Source of the DNA: Erysipelotrichaceae bacterium
Lineage (GTDB): Bacteria > Bacillota_I > Bacilli_A > Erysipelotrichales > Erysipelotrichaceae
Length of the DNA stretch: 64,000 nt
Direction of reading: 5' to 3'
NCBI GenBank assembly: GCA_050950925.1
Contig: JBMNIN010000001.1
Location: 87,638-151,637 of the forward strand
Part shown: positions 1 through 9,930 of the stretch, one piece after another
Position numbering within the stretch: position 1 is the first letter of the stretch
How the letters are laid out: every line of letters starts with the position of its first letter
Program-made: the position numbers and the translations under genes
Notes under the pieces: generated by a model
The model's input: the letters and a program-made list of their open reading frames with translations, nothing else
What the model was told of the DNA's origin: nothing
Database searches by the model: none

Positions 1-634
1 CAAAGATTTGGAAACAGCAATTAATGTTGACGAAGTACTTCGCTATTTTACCGCTCAGGTCTTTGTAGTCAATATGGACAGTTACTTAGGCAAGACCGGA
101 CACAACTATTTTCTTTATGAAAAAGATGGCATATTGAGCATTTTGCCTTGGGATTACAATCTTGCCTTTGGAACCTACTCATTAGGTATGCCTAATCCGA
201 TAAATGACTCTACTCTTTATGTTAACTATCCAATCAATACTCCTGCCAGTGGTGAAATTATGTGCAAACGCCCTTTATATCATAATCTTATGCAAAACAA
301 AGAGTATTATAATCAATATCATATCTACTTCAATTACCTGATAGAAAGCTATTTTGAAAGTGGATATTTTGAAAATTTTATCGATGAAACTTTAAAAATG
401 ATTGCACCTTATGTAGAAAAAGACCCGACAGCATTCTGTTGTTATGAAGATTTCCTTCTGGGTGTGGATACTCTTAAAAGATTCTGCCTTTTACGGGCTC
501 AAAGTGTCCGTGGTCAACTGGACGGGACAATTCCATCAACCATAGCCGGACAAAAAAGAGATAAAAGCAATTTAATTGATGCTTCTTCCATCTGGCTTCC
601 TGACATGGGCGAAATAGCTGACTTAAAAGATTAA
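1..634 (+). CDS. CotH-family protein, C-terminal part (5' end outside window)
   Basis: Frame is open from base 2 to the stop at 632-634. Motif HNYFLYEKDG...LPWDYNLAFG fits my recollection of the CotH kinase-like family. Confidence 0.6.
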   Translation, partial: KDLETAINVDEVLRYFTAQVFVVNMDSYLGKTGHNYFLYEKDGILSILPWDYNLAFGTYSLGMPNPINDSTLYVNYPINTPASGEIMCKRPLYHNLMQNKEYYNQYHIYFNYLIESYFESGYFENFIDETLKMIAPYVEKDPTAFCCYEDFLLGVDTLKRFCLLRAQSVRGQLDGTIPSTIAGQKRDKSNLIDASSIWLPDMGEIADLKD

Positions 635-822
635 AAACCGCTTTAATTTATTTAGTAGAACGGTTTTCATTATCCTGACTATTAACAATTCCTTTTTTAT
701 TTAATGTAAAATAAATCATTGAAAAAGAGACTGATTCAAACATTATTCCTGTTATTTGGTTTCAATTCTTTACTAATAATGAAAAATATCTTACAATTCA
801 TTTGTAAATAAAGGAGGACAAT

Positions 823-2481
823 ATGAAAATTTCATCATTACAAACAGCCAGATATCAATACACACCTAAACTTCCGGCAATGTTAAGAAACGGTATCGCC
901 AACATTTCTGTTAAAGAAGGTGCAGAAACTAAAAGTGTGGCTGACCAGGAAAAAATAAAAGCTCTTTTTCCAAATACTTATGGAAAAAAAGAAATCACAT
1001 TCCAGAAAGGAAAAAACACTTCGACTGACAGAAAGCAGGTAGTTGGTGTTATATTATCTGGAGGACAGGCACCAGGTGGTCACAACGTTATTTGTGGTTT
1101 ATACGACGCTTTAAAAGCAACTAATCCGGAAAATCAGTTATACGGTTTTAAAAATGGCCCTATCGGTCTGCTTAAAGATGACTACATCATATTCGAAGAT
1201 GAATATATCGATAAATTTAGAAACACGGGCGGTTTTGATATTATAGGTTCCGGAAGAGACAAACTTGAAACTGTTGAGCATTTTGAAACTGTTGCCGCAG
1301 TTGCCAAAAAACATGGTGTCAATGCGATCGTTATTATTGGAGGTGACGATTCCAATACCAATGCAGCTGTTTTAGCAGAATACTTTGCAGCCAACAATTA
1401 CGGCATTCAGGTAATCGGTTGTCCAAAAACAATTGATGGTGACCTGAAAAATGAAGATATTGAATGTTCATTTGGTTTTGATACAGCAACCAAAACTTAT
1501 AGTGAACTTATTGGCAATATTGCCAGAGATGCTAACTCAGCAAAGAAATATTGGCACTTCATCAAAGTTATGGGACGTTCAGCTTCACATGTGGCTTTAG
1601 AATGTGCTTTGAAAACTCAGCCAAATATCTGTCTTATTTCTGAGGAAATTGCCGAAAAAGAAATGTCTATCGCTCAGATTACCGATTATATTGCTGATTC
1701 AGTTGCTGCCCGTGCTACTAATGGAGAAAACTTCGGTATTGCTGTAATACCTGAAGGTGTAGTTGAATTTATCCCTGAATTTTCAGTATTAATTGCTGAA
1801 ATAAATGAGTTGCTGGCTGGAAGCAAAGCTGATACATTTAACGCTTTACCTTCATGGGATGAAAAATACAAAGTTATTGAAAAAGATTTAACCGAACACT
1901 CAATGGAAGTATTTGCCCTTCTGCCGCAAAATATTCAACAGCAGTTATTTATGGACAGAGATCCCCATGGAAATGTTCAGGTTTCGCGAATCGAATCTGA
2001 GAAACTGTTTAGCGCTCTTGTTAAAGCTAATCTTGATAAAAGAAAAAAAGCAGGCACTTACAATGGTAAATTCAATGCTTTACATCATTTCTTCGGTTAT
2101 GAAGGAAGATGTGCTTTCCCTTCTAACTTTGATGCAGACTATTGTTATTCTTTAGGATATAATGCCTTTATGTTAATTCAATATGGTTATAATGGTTATC
2201 TGTCAAAAGTATCTAATCTCTCAAAACCAGCTGAACAGTGGGTTGCTGGCGGTATGCCTATCACTAAAATGATGAATATTGAAAGAAGGCATGGAGAAGA
2301 CAAACCTGTTATAAGAAAAGCCTTAGTTGAACTGGAAGGAAACCCATTTAAGTACTTTGCAGCTCATAGAGATAAATGGTCAGTTGAAACTTCGTTTATT
2401 TATCCTGGAGCTATCCAGTATTACGGACCAGCTGAAGTATGTGATATCACAACCGAAACATTAGCTCTGGAAAAGCAATAA
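823..2481 (+). CDS. pfp: Pyrophosphate-dependent 6-phosphofructokinase (diphosphate--fructose-6-phosphate 1-phosphotransferase)
   Basis: 552-aa ORF with RBS AAGGAGG upstream. PFK motifs GGDDSNTNA and PKTIDGDLK carry the Asp and Lys that distinguish PPi- from ATP-dependent enzymes. Size fits long-type PFP. Confidence 0.9.
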   Translation: MKISSLQTARYQYTPKLPAMLRNGIANISVKEGAETKSVADQEKIKALFPNTYGKKEITFQKGKNTSTDRKQVVGVILSGGQAPGGHNVICGLYDALKATNPENQLYGFKNGPIGLLKDDYIIFEDEYIDKFRNTGGFDIIGSGRDKLETVEHFETVAAVAKKHGVNAIVIIGGDDSNTNAAVLAEYFAANNYGIQVIGCPKTIDGDLKNEDIECSFGFDTATKTYSELIGNIARDANSAKKYWHFIKVMGRSASHVALECALKTQPNICLISEEIAEKEMSIAQITDYIADSVAARATNGENFGIAVIPEGVVEFIPEFSVLIAEINELLAGSKADTFNALPSWDEKYKVIEKDLTEHSMEVFALLPQNIQQQLFMDRDPHGNVQVSRIESEKLFSALVKANLDKRKKAGTYNGKFNALHHFFGYEGRCAFPSNFDADYCYSLGYNAFMLIQYGYNGYLSKVSNLSKPAEQWVAGGMPITKMMNIERRHGEDKPVIRKALVELEGNPFKYFAAHRDKWSVETSFIYPGAIQYYGPAEVCDITTETLALEKQ

Positions 2482-2490
2482 AACTGATTG

Positions 2491-2517
2491 GCAGGCATAG
2501 AAAATGCCTGCTTTTTT
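2491..2517 (+). terminator. Rho-independent terminator of pfp
   Basis: GCAGGCAT-agaaa-ATGCCTGC hairpin followed by TTTTTT, 10 nt after the pfp stop. Confidence 0.8.
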
Positions 2518-3336
2518 AATAATCAGCTTAAATGTCGGACATGCTGATTAACTATATAAAAATAAATTTCGTTTTAACTGAATTATTAACATTCTTATAC
2601 CCTGGTGACAAAACATCTGTATCAGACAAATCTTATTATCACAACCGTGTATCATTTTATTCCCCACAATTTCACTTCTAATAAATGATGCTATTGAGGT
2701 TGTTTTCTTATTATGGTTAAGAGATGATGAAAATTATTGAAGTTTATAATGGCTGAAATATCTTTAATTACAGAAACTCACATCATGGCAGAAAGGTGAA
2801 AAAACAATGATTCTTCCTTTAACTGTTACCTTGTTAGCGACACTTCCGGCCTATGGTAAAAATAAACAATAATTATAGCGAAAACAATAATGAAAACACT
2901 TTTACTTAAATTACCGTCACCGACAATTAAGACTGTCTGATTAAAATTAAGTTTATCAACCCTGATAACAATCCGGTTTTTACTTGGAAGTTGAGTTTAA
3001 TGACAAATCAAATGATAAATCTTATCCGCTCTCAATTAAAAAACCACTATTAATGGCATTGATTGTGAAACTGGTTTTCCACTTCAAATCGGGCTAAAAG
3101 AAAAACCAGATGCTGATATGACAATTTTAAGTAACGGATTAAAAGAAAATTGTATAGACAATATCAAGGAAATCAAACTTTTGTTTCAGATAAATAATTA
3201 TTTTTGTTTTTATTTTAATATCTGTTTTTTATCTGCAACCAAAAAAATAATTAAAAAATCAGAAAATACTTCAGATTCTATGAAAAATGTGCTTATTTAT
3301 AATATACTTAAAGCAAAGAAAGTGGGATTAAAAATT

Positions 3337-3951
3337 ATGAAACAAGAAAAATATAGAGATATCATAGATTTAAACAGCAAAAAATACCTGCGCTTTATTT
3401 CTTTAGTATATTTATCATTAATTATCGTCGTGTTGACTTTATTCTTCACTGACTTAATCAGAATGAGAAACCATAAACCGGTTGTTTTCAGTACGTGGGG
3501 TTTTTCTTATTCACCACCTATTGATATTAAGGAAGCTCAAATAGAAATATCAATAATAGATTTTCTGACGGATAAAGGAGATAGAGAATACCGGCATCAT
3601 GAAAATGAAAAAACTTTTGCGAGTATCAGAATCTATCTGCTGGAAGAAAAAAGCGATTACATTTATCATGTCTATGCCTGGGTCCTGGAAGAAAAATATT
3701 ACTTAGAAAATGGTGAAATACAGAAAGACAGCGGTTCTTCAATTCCTTATAAGTTTGTAGTTAAAGAAAGTTCCGGTAACTTTACTATATTAAATGCCAT
3801 TATACCAAGAGATGGCAATTACTATGAAGATGATATAAAAAGCCTCTTCCCCAGAACTGTAAGAAAGAACATGGAAAAAGTTCAGGTTGATGGAACAATT
3901 GAGAAACTTATTCTTGATATTCAGCAACAACTGAAACTATATTTTCACTGA
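3337..3951 (+). CDS. Hypothetical membrane-anchored protein
   Basis: The track ORF starts at 3118, but its first 73 codons are low-complexity AT-rich sequence. The ATG at 3337 (MKQEKYRD...) is followed by a hydrophobic helix (LVYLSLIIVVLTLFF). No family recognised. Confidence 0.45.
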   Translation: MKQEKYRDIIDLNSKKYLRFISLVYLSLIIVVLTLFFTDLIRMRNHKPVVFSTWGFSYSPPIDIKEAQIEISIIDFLTDKGDREYRHHENEKTFASIRIYLLEEKSDYIYHVYAWVLEEKYYLENGEIQKDSGSSIPYKFVVKESSGNFTILNAIIPRDGNYYEDDIKSLFPRTVRKNMEKVQVDGTIEKLILDIQQQLKLYFH

Positions 3952-4046
3952 AAAAAAAGATAAAAAAAGAGACAAGTGAGGTATTTTTAATGTGTCATAA
4001 ATCATATAAATAATCAAACACTTCTTTTCTTGAAGCTTATATTTAA

Positions 4047-4775
4047 TCAGATAATCATAAATAAAACGTAGCACAATAAAGCCAATGCCAGACTTGTCAG
4101 GGTTCCCAACAGGTACCTGTTTCTGAAATTATATTTTTTCAGATCATTAGTCCTGGCCCATGTTTTAACCGTTATAATCATTGCAATTGAGGGAAAACTT
4201 TTATAGTATGAAAATATTAAAACAAGAAATCTTTCCATAATGCCTATAATAGAACCAACATCAAAAATACCTTTACTTATAGTTCCGGGATATAAATCCT
4301 CGAACATTTTATCTATGAAAACTGAACAGGGAGCCATTAACAATAACATAATAAATATAGTTTTAACCACAAAAAAGTATTTTTCGTCAACAGGGTTGAA
4401 GTCAATTATTTTATAAAGACAGAATAATATCATTAAATGGATAAATTGATCAATAATAAATACTAATGTTTTTTTACTTTTTTTGTTAATGTAACATGTT
4501 ATAGAATCTATAATTACATGTGAAACAAAAATCAGAAAAAAACTTTTGATTACATCAGTATGGTTTGCCACAAAAAATGGAAGCACAAATAGAATTGCAT
4601 ATAAAGCAGAATGAATGACTACATATTTAAAGTTAAGGTAAGAATTTTCACCACATTCTTTACAATCAATACACCGATAATCAGATATCGCATTCTTACA
4701 TCTGGCAATTTTGTCTGTTTGCAGATAAAAATCTGCCAACAGATGCAGAATTACTAAAATTAAATAATTTACCAT
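4047..4775 (-). CDS. Polytopic membrane protein, DUF3307-like
   Basis: 242 aa with several hydrophobic helices. N-terminal HLLADFYLQTD motif matches my recollection of DUF3307. Start overlaps the stop of the upstream SatD-like gene by 7 nt. Confidence 0.55.
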   Translation of the reverse strand: MVNYLILVILHLLADFYLQTDKIARCKNAISDYRCIDCKECGENSYLNFKYVVIHSALYAILFVLPFFVANHTDVIKSFFLIFVSHVIIDSITCYINKKSKKTLVFIIDQFIHLMILFCLYKIIDFNPVDEKYFFVVKTIFIMLLLMAPCSVFIDKMFEDLYPGTISKGIFDVGSIIGIMERFLVLIFSYYKSFPSIAMIITVKTWARTNDLKKYNFRNRYLLGTLTSLALALLCYVLFMII

Positions 4776-5617
4776 ATCTTTTCTCCCAGCATTTCATATA
4801 TTGCTTTATCTATTGTTCTGCTTTCTTTTATTTTTCCCGAATGAACATACCTGTCAATGTTTTGTCGGGTGGTGTTCATCACTTGGGCAATATTGGTTGA
4901 CATTCCATGTAACCAGTAATCTTCAACACAAAACATCTTTTTAAAAGAGTTTTTGGATTCGACCGGTTTTATCATTTCAAAAAGATGTTTTAAATTGATT
5001 TTCTCTTCTTCTATTTCCCGAAATTTACCAATGACTCTGTTCCAGTTTTCTTCTTTAATGAGTTTTATTCTATTTTCCAAAATGTAGTCATAGAATTTTC
5101 TAATTTCTACTATCGGTGTTATCGGCAATATGACATCAGCAATAAGTTCAATAAGTCGAACCATTTGGGATTGACCCGTTTTTATTCCAGCACTTGCAGC
5201 ACATAATACATTCAAATATCTGTCATATTCCGATTCTGTGTTAAATACAATTATATTATTTTTTCTTTTTTTAACAAAATTTATTGCCTCACGAGCTGAA
5301 TGGTATGCCTCTCCTTCAATTCCGGAAGATTTCCATTCTTCGTCATCATACATAATTTCACCATATCCTATTCCGCAGCGTATTTTTACAGGATAAATCA
5401 GAAGTTGTAGTTTTCTGATATACAAAAAAGCTGTTTGAAGATTATTAAATAAACCTTGAAACTCATCACCTGAATTAACCACAACTTCTTTTTTTATTTC
5501 ACTTTTGTATACTACATTCAGGTATTCAGTACTTTTCACCATAAATTTTTGTACTTCATATCTATTCTTATAATTTCTTGATTCTATGATATCAAATATC
5601 AAAGCTACATATTTCAA
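4769..5617 (-). CDS. SatD-family protein (N-terminal cyclase/GGDEF-like region plus C-terminal HTH)
   Basis: 282 aa. N-terminus VALIFDIIESRNY ... NSGDEFQGLF. C-terminal helix-turn-helix-like segment STNIAQVMNTTRQNIDRYV. Pairing with a DUF3307-like gene is typical for SatD as I recall. Confidence 0.55.
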   Translation of the reverse strand: MKYVALIFDIIESRNYKNRYEVQKFMVKSTEYLNVVYKSEIKKEVVVNSGDEFQGLFNNLQTAFLYIRKLQLLIYPVKIRCGIGYGEIMYDDEEWKSSGIEGEAYHSAREAINFVKKRKNNIIVFNTESEYDRYLNVLCAASAGIKTGQSQMVRLIELIADVILPITPIVEIRKFYDYILENRIKLIKEENWNRVIGKFREIEEEKINLKHLFEMIKPVESKNSFKKMFCVEDYWLHGMSTNIAQVMNTTRQNIDRYVHSGKIKESRTIDKAIYEMLGEKIW

Positions 5618-5686
5618 TTCTCATCGCTCTCCTTTAATAGCCATCTGAATTATATCTTAAAACTCAAATAAATGCAATCATTAAAG

Positions 5687-5802
5687 ATTGCTTTTATTAT
5701 AAGCAATTTATATTGATTGCTTTTAGTATATGCAAGCATAATAGGTTGCTTTTATTATAAGCCGCTTATATTGATTGCTTTTAGTAAATGTAAGTAATAA
5801 AT
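5687..5802. repeat. Four tandem 29-bp units (two 58-bp units), each starting RTTGCTTTTA
   Basis: RTTGCTTTTA starts at 5687, 5716, 5745 and 5774, an exact 29-bp phase. Unit 1 contains the palindrome ATTGCTT-N7-AAGCAAT (5687-5707). The array lies 70-185 bp upstream of the SatD-like start. Confidence 0.8.
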
Positions 5803-6214
5803 TACCTGTACAAATTATTCTTCCCGGTATTTCAATCATATTTTGCCGGTTATTCATGAAGGAAAACCTTAATGTGAATCTTTCCTTTTTCCTTGTTTAA
5901 TAAACCCCAATTTTACCAATTATGTTTTCACAAAATATCTGATTAACAATATCTATCTCAATTTTAGCATAATTCATGTCTTTCTTGAAAACTATAATTC
6001 ACTATTATAAGGTAGTTATTTCACTTTTTATTACATTAATTTGCATTTTTATAAAGCAGATACAACTGAAGCAATTATCATAATGTGTTATGGTAATTGT
6101 AATAAAGTCGATTATATACCAGTTGTCGTTTAAAAAAGACCGTCTGTTTATAATCTGTAGAAAGCTTTTTTATATTTACCTATAATGTAATTGCAATTCA
6201 GAAAGGAGTAAAAA

Positions 6215-6655
6215 ATGCAAATTGAAGTGCAAATTGATCAGAATTGTCAGGAAACAAAAATCATTATTATCACAAATGAAGTAAACGAAAAGATTAATGA
6301 AATCATTAAAAAGCTCGAAGATGCACAACCTAAAATTATTGCCGGTTTTAAGGATGATACCGTTAAACTTTTAGAGCCAAATGATATCTACCGCATTTAT
6401 GCTTCAGATGGCAAAGTTTTTGTTGAAACGGACAAGGGGAATTATACGCTGAATCTGCGTCTTTATGAAGTAGAACAGCGGACAGACAATCAACTGTTTT
6501 TACGAATATCCCATTCGGAAATAGTTAATTTGAAAAAAGTAAAAAATTTTGATCTGAGTTTTACGGGTACGATTTGCGTAACGTTATTAAACGGATCTGT
6601 CACTTACGCATCAAGAAGATATGTAAGTAAAATTAGGAAAGTATTAGGAATATGA
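6215..6655 (+). CDS. LytTR-family DNA-binding protein (no receiver domain)
   Basis: 146 aa with RBS AAAGGAG upstream. C-terminal region ...IYRIYASDGKVFVETDKGNYTLNLRLYEVE...FLRISHSEIVNL... is a typical LytTR domain. Confidence 0.8.
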   Translation: MQIEVQIDQNCQETKIIIITNEVNEKINEIIKKLEDAQPKIIAGFKDDTVKLLEPNDIYRIYASDGKVFVETDKGNYTLNLRLYEVEQRTDNQLFLRISHSEIVNLKKVKNFDLSFTGTICVTLLNGSVTYASRRYVSKIRKVLGI

Positions 6656-6665
6656 GGTGAACATT

Positions 6666-7118
6666 ATGAAAAAGAAAGCATTTTTAAGAGGTTTGTTAGG
6701 TTTCCCTGTAGGGATTTCAATTGGATTTATTATCACAATACTTATTTCGCTTGTACATGCGGATGGTTACTACAGCCCTTGTGTACCGTTGCTTGTGAAT
6801 ATGATGGGAAGCGAAATTAATGCGGTGGTATTTCAGACAGTTTTAAGCGGGCTTTTAGGATCTGGTTTTGCAGCCAGCTCTCTTATCTGGGAAATGGATA
6901 ACTGGAGCATTGCTAAACAGACAGGAATATATTTCGCTGTTACGTCGCTGATAATGATGCCGGTAGCTTATCTGGCAAGATGGATGGAGCCTACTCTTAA
7001 GGGTTTTGCATCTTATTTTGGAATTTACATATTGATATTCATTATCATCTGGTTAATTCAGTACTTTTTCTGGAAAAACAAAATTGATAAAATGAATCAG
7101 AAAATTTCAGACAAATAA
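6666..7118 (+). CDS. DUF3021-like membrane protein, partner of the LytTR regulator
   Basis: ATG at 6666 lies 6 nt after GAGGTG, which overlaps the LytTR stop. About four TM helices. Motif QTVLSGLLGSGFAASSLIWEMDNWSIAKQT matches my recollection of DUF3021. Confidence 0.65.
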   Translation: MKKKAFLRGLLGFPVGISIGFIITILISLVHADGYYSPCVPLLVNMMGSEINAVVFQTVLSGLLGSGFAASSLIWEMDNWSIAKQTGIYFAVTSLIMMPVAYLARWMEPTLKGFASYFGIYILIFIIIWLIQYFFWKNKIDKMNQKISDK

Positions 7119-7152
7119 TATTTTAATTCTCTACAGAATCTGACAGTAAACT

Positions 7153-7179
7153 AAAAGATCCTCACATGGATCTTTTTTT
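7153..7179. terminator. Bidirectional intrinsic terminator
   Basis: GATCC-tcacat-GGATC hairpin flanked by an A-run upstream and a T-run downstream. It sits between the convergent DUF3021 gene and the tRNA. Confidence 0.65.
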
Positions 7180-7184
7180 AAATA

Positions 7185-7259
7185 TGGCGCCCCCTGCGAG
7201 AATCGAACTCACAACTAACCCTTAGGAGGGGTTTATTATATCCATTTAACTAAAGGGGC
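7185..7259 (-). tRNA. tRNA-Arg (anticodon CCU)
   Basis: Hand-folded 75-nt cloverleaf. Acceptor GCCCCUU/AGGGGGC, D stem GUUA/UAAU, anticodon stem AACCC/GGGUU with loop CU-CCU-AA, T arm GUGAG-UUCGAUU-CUCGC, discriminator G, encoded CCA. Confidence 0.9.
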
Positions 7260-7366
7260 TTTTTAAAAATGTCTCGTCACTTCTTTGTGCTGTTTTATAA
7301 CCTTGAAAGACATAAGTCATTATATCATCTTTTAAATAATATGCTAAAATAAATGTGGTGATTTAA

Positions 7367-7999
7367 ATGGAAAAATTATATTTAAATATGATTGTCGATA
7401 TGACTGATACAAATTGTGAATTTATTAAAACTATTAATAGGGAAATTAAAAACTATGGAGCCATCGTTTATAACCACCAGTCTAATTCCTATCAGTTCAT
7501 TCGTAAATTCTCACATATTGATTACAAAAACGAAATTATCCCTGATTTCATAAAAGTCGAAAACTCTGACGCTTTACTCAATGGATTGAATCTTACAATT
7601 CATTATGAGTTTAATCCTGAAACTGAAGAAGATGAAGAAAATCTGGATATCTGGATTAACGATATTTCACAAATTAAATTACCTGTCTACAGTTATGATG
7701 AAGAAGGTGATATTTATCTGGAAAACTATACTCCTATTGATACTTCTGTCAGCAGACATACTCTTTGGTATCTGAACAAAGACAGTTATGACTATATACT
7801 GGATACTGATTTACTGATGCTGACTCCAATAATCAAAAATATTAATATTGCCAGAGAGTTAATTAAAAAGTACAGTATCCATCCTTTCGACTATAAATTT
7901 GATGATAACAATTGTCTGCCTGATCATCTGGAAGGCGTTTACAGCCAGAGCCACGACGAAAATTGTCAATGCGAACAGCAGACTGATGATGCTGATTAG
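7367..7999 (+). CDS. Hypothetical acidic protein
   Basis: 210-aa ORF with GTGGTG RBS-like sequence upstream. Asp/Glu-rich. No family recognised. Confidence 0.45.
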   Translation: MEKLYLNMIVDMTDTNCEFIKTINREIKNYGAIVYNHQSNSYQFIRKFSHIDYKNEIIPDFIKVENSDALLNGLNLTIHYEFNPETEEDEENLDIWINDISQIKLPVYSYDEEGDIYLENYTPIDTSVSRHTLWYLNKDSYDYILDTDLLMLTPIIKNINIARELIKKYSIHPFDYKFDDNNCLPDHLEGVYSQSHDENCQCEQQTDDAD

Positions 8000-8111
8000 C
8001 TTTATATAATAAATCTTGTTACCTGCAAAAAAGAACTCCATGAGTTCTTCAGTGTATTTCATTGATAAACAGGCAGGTAACTTTTTTTATTTACGCAGCC
8101 AACAGTCCATT

Positions 8112-8840
8112 TTAATTATTTTCCACTGTGATTTCTTTAAAAACTTCACCAACTTTTTCCTTTATCACCAGATCAGCTCTACCATCCTGAGAAGTAGCTG
8201 ATAAATTGATAACAACCAGATATTTACCGTTAAAGTAATTTACCAGACCTGCAGCCGGATAAACCACTAGCGATGTTCCGGCAATAATCATGCAATCCGC
8301 CTGTCTTATCGTACCAATTGCACCGTATAAAACAGAATCATCTAATCCTTCTTCGTACAAAACAACATCAGGTTTAATTATTCCGCCACAATCACAATAT
8401 GGTATATCAGCACTATTAATAATATAATCCAAATCATAGAATTTATGACATCTGGTGCAATAGTTTCTATGAATTGAACCATGCAGTTCATAAACATTCT
8501 TGCTTCCTGCTTTTTGATGTAAACCATCAATATTCTGAGTAATTACACCTATGGCTTTACCTTTTTCTTCAAACTCAGCCATTTTTTTATGCGCCATATT
8601 TGGCTCGGCTTCAAGATAAATCATCCTGTCTTTATAAAAACGATAAAATTCCTGTGGATTATGCCTATAAAATGAGTAAGAAATTATTCTCTCTGGAGAA
8701 TATTTATATTTCTGATTATATAATCCGTCGACACTTCTAAAATCAGGAATACCACTTTCAGTCGAAACTCCTGCTCCAGTGAAAAATACAATTTTGTCAG
8801 ATTCATTTAAAATATTCTGAAGTGTATCTATTTTGCTCAT
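8112..8840 (-). CDS. cobB: NAD-dependent protein deacylase (Sir2 family)
   Basis: GAGVSTESGIPDFRS, QNIDGLH and a CxxC...CxC zinc motif. I chose the start at 8840 (MSKIDTLQ) because the upstream gene stops at 8842. Confidence 0.85.
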   Translation of the reverse strand: MSKIDTLQNILNESDKIVFFTGAGVSTESGIPDFRSVDGLYNQKYKYSPERIISYSFYRHNPQEFYRFYKDRMIYLEAEPNMAHKKMAEFEEKGKAIGVITQNIDGLHQKAGSKNVYELHGSIHRNYCTRCHKFYDLDYIINSADIPYCDCGGIIKPDVVLYEEGLDDSVLYGAIGTIRQADCMIIAGTSLVVYPAAGLVNYFNGKYLVVINLSATSQDGRADLVIKEKVGEVFKEITVENN

Positions 8841-8841
8841 A

Positions 8842-9930
8842 TCAGTATACCACCAGAGCGTCAAGAACATTTCTTTCGCCAGTAAACTGATATGAAACCG
8901 GGTTGCTTATCAGTTTACCATTTTCAACCATCGCTGAAGAACCGCCACCATCAAGGTTGCAGGCGTTATATGCTCCATAGCGCATCATTATCTCTACCAG
9001 ATCAGCAAAACTTGCTCCTCTGGAGCCTCCGCCTCCTCTGCCATTGATTACAAGCATTAATACAATACCATCTTTTCTTTGCCCAATACATGTTCTCGGG
9101 TGAAGACCTCCGCCTCCAGTACCAGTGTATTTAGAAGGAACACCGTTTACCACTAAAAACGGGCCGAACTCAACACCCCATCTCATTCCGGCTTCCGCCG
9201 CTCTGTCAGCAGTAGAAGTCATCAGCATAAGTACACCATCTTCATTCATACCGACCATTGGGCCGTTTCTTCCTGAATCATAATAGACTTCGCCATTAAC
9301 AATCAGGCTGCGGGCCGGCCATTTTTCATATGTACGCTGATTTATATAGTACCCGCTGGCATTTGTGGCAACTTTTGCCTTCGTCTGTTTGGCTAATTCA
9401 GTAACCGTATTTCCATATCTGCTCTTTGACAGATATAAGTGGACTCTCGTCGGATCGTAGATAACTGCCAGATAACCTGTATATTTGCCTTCATTAATTT
9501 TGATTATTTTATAAAGGTCATTCCCTTCATTTTTCTTTAAGACCGCCTCTTCATACTCATTGGCATAAACTACCTTGTCTGAATAATTGACGAAAACAAT
9601 GTCATCAACATTTGAAGTACTGCCAGCAGCGATAATTGTATGTTTGCCGGCAATTTCTTTGGCATATTCTTCTGAATACAATACATAAGCAAAATACCTG
9701 TGAGTATTGGTTCCAAAAGCTGTCTGAACAAATAAATCTCTGAATTTATCATATGGCCCATAAGCCAGAAAGAAACACACTAAAGCACAGATATCCACAA
9801 AGACTAAAAAATATGTATACCAGCTTAACTTTTTCTTTTTTCTGTTTCTGATGAAAACCGTCTGAATTTGTTCATCAGCATTTTTTTCCATGTTTGCCAC
9901 TATATTCTGTTCATCATTTTTTTCAATCAT
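8842..9930 (-). CDS. Phosphodiester glycosidase family protein (DUF2233/NAGPA-like), membrane anchored
   Basis: N-terminal TM helix. C-terminal RTCIGQRKDG...NLDGGGSS motifs are typical of this family. Start at 9930 is preceded by GGAGG. Confidence 0.65.
   Translation of the reverse strand: MIEKNDEQNIVANMEKNADEQIQTVFIRNRKKKKLSWYTYFLVFVDICALVCFFLAYGPYDKFRDLFVQTAFGTNTHRYFAYVLYSEEYAKEIAGKHTIIAAGSTSNVDDIVFVNYSDKVVYANEYEEAVLKKNEGNDLYKIIKINEGKYTGYLAVIYDPTRVHLYLSKSRYGNTVTELAKQTKAKVATNASGYYINQRTYEKWPARSLIVNGEVYYDSGRNGPMVGMNEDGVLMLMTSTADRAAEAGMRWGVEFGPFLVVNGVPSKYTGTGGGGLHPRTCIGQRKDGIVLMLVINGRGGGGSRGASFADLVEIMMRYGAYNACNLDGGGSSAMVENGKLISNPVSYQFTGERNVLDALVVY

Noticed and set aside
3118-3336. Upstream 73 codons of the track ORF 3118-3951
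   Set aside because: AT-rich low-complexity translation (NNYFCFYFNICF...) with no RBS at 3118. The ATG at 3337 gives a sensible TM-anchored N-terminus.
5687-5802. 29-bp periodic repeats considered as a mini CRISPR array
   Set aside because: The units are contiguous with no unique spacers, alternate between two variants, and no cas genes lie in the window. Treated as a regulatory tandem repeat instead.
7859-8201. Small ORFs 7859-8062 (minus) and 8016-8201 (plus) between the acidic hypothetical gene and cobB
   Set aside because: They overlap the ends of better-supported genes or the convergent intergenic region. They have no RBS or family signal.
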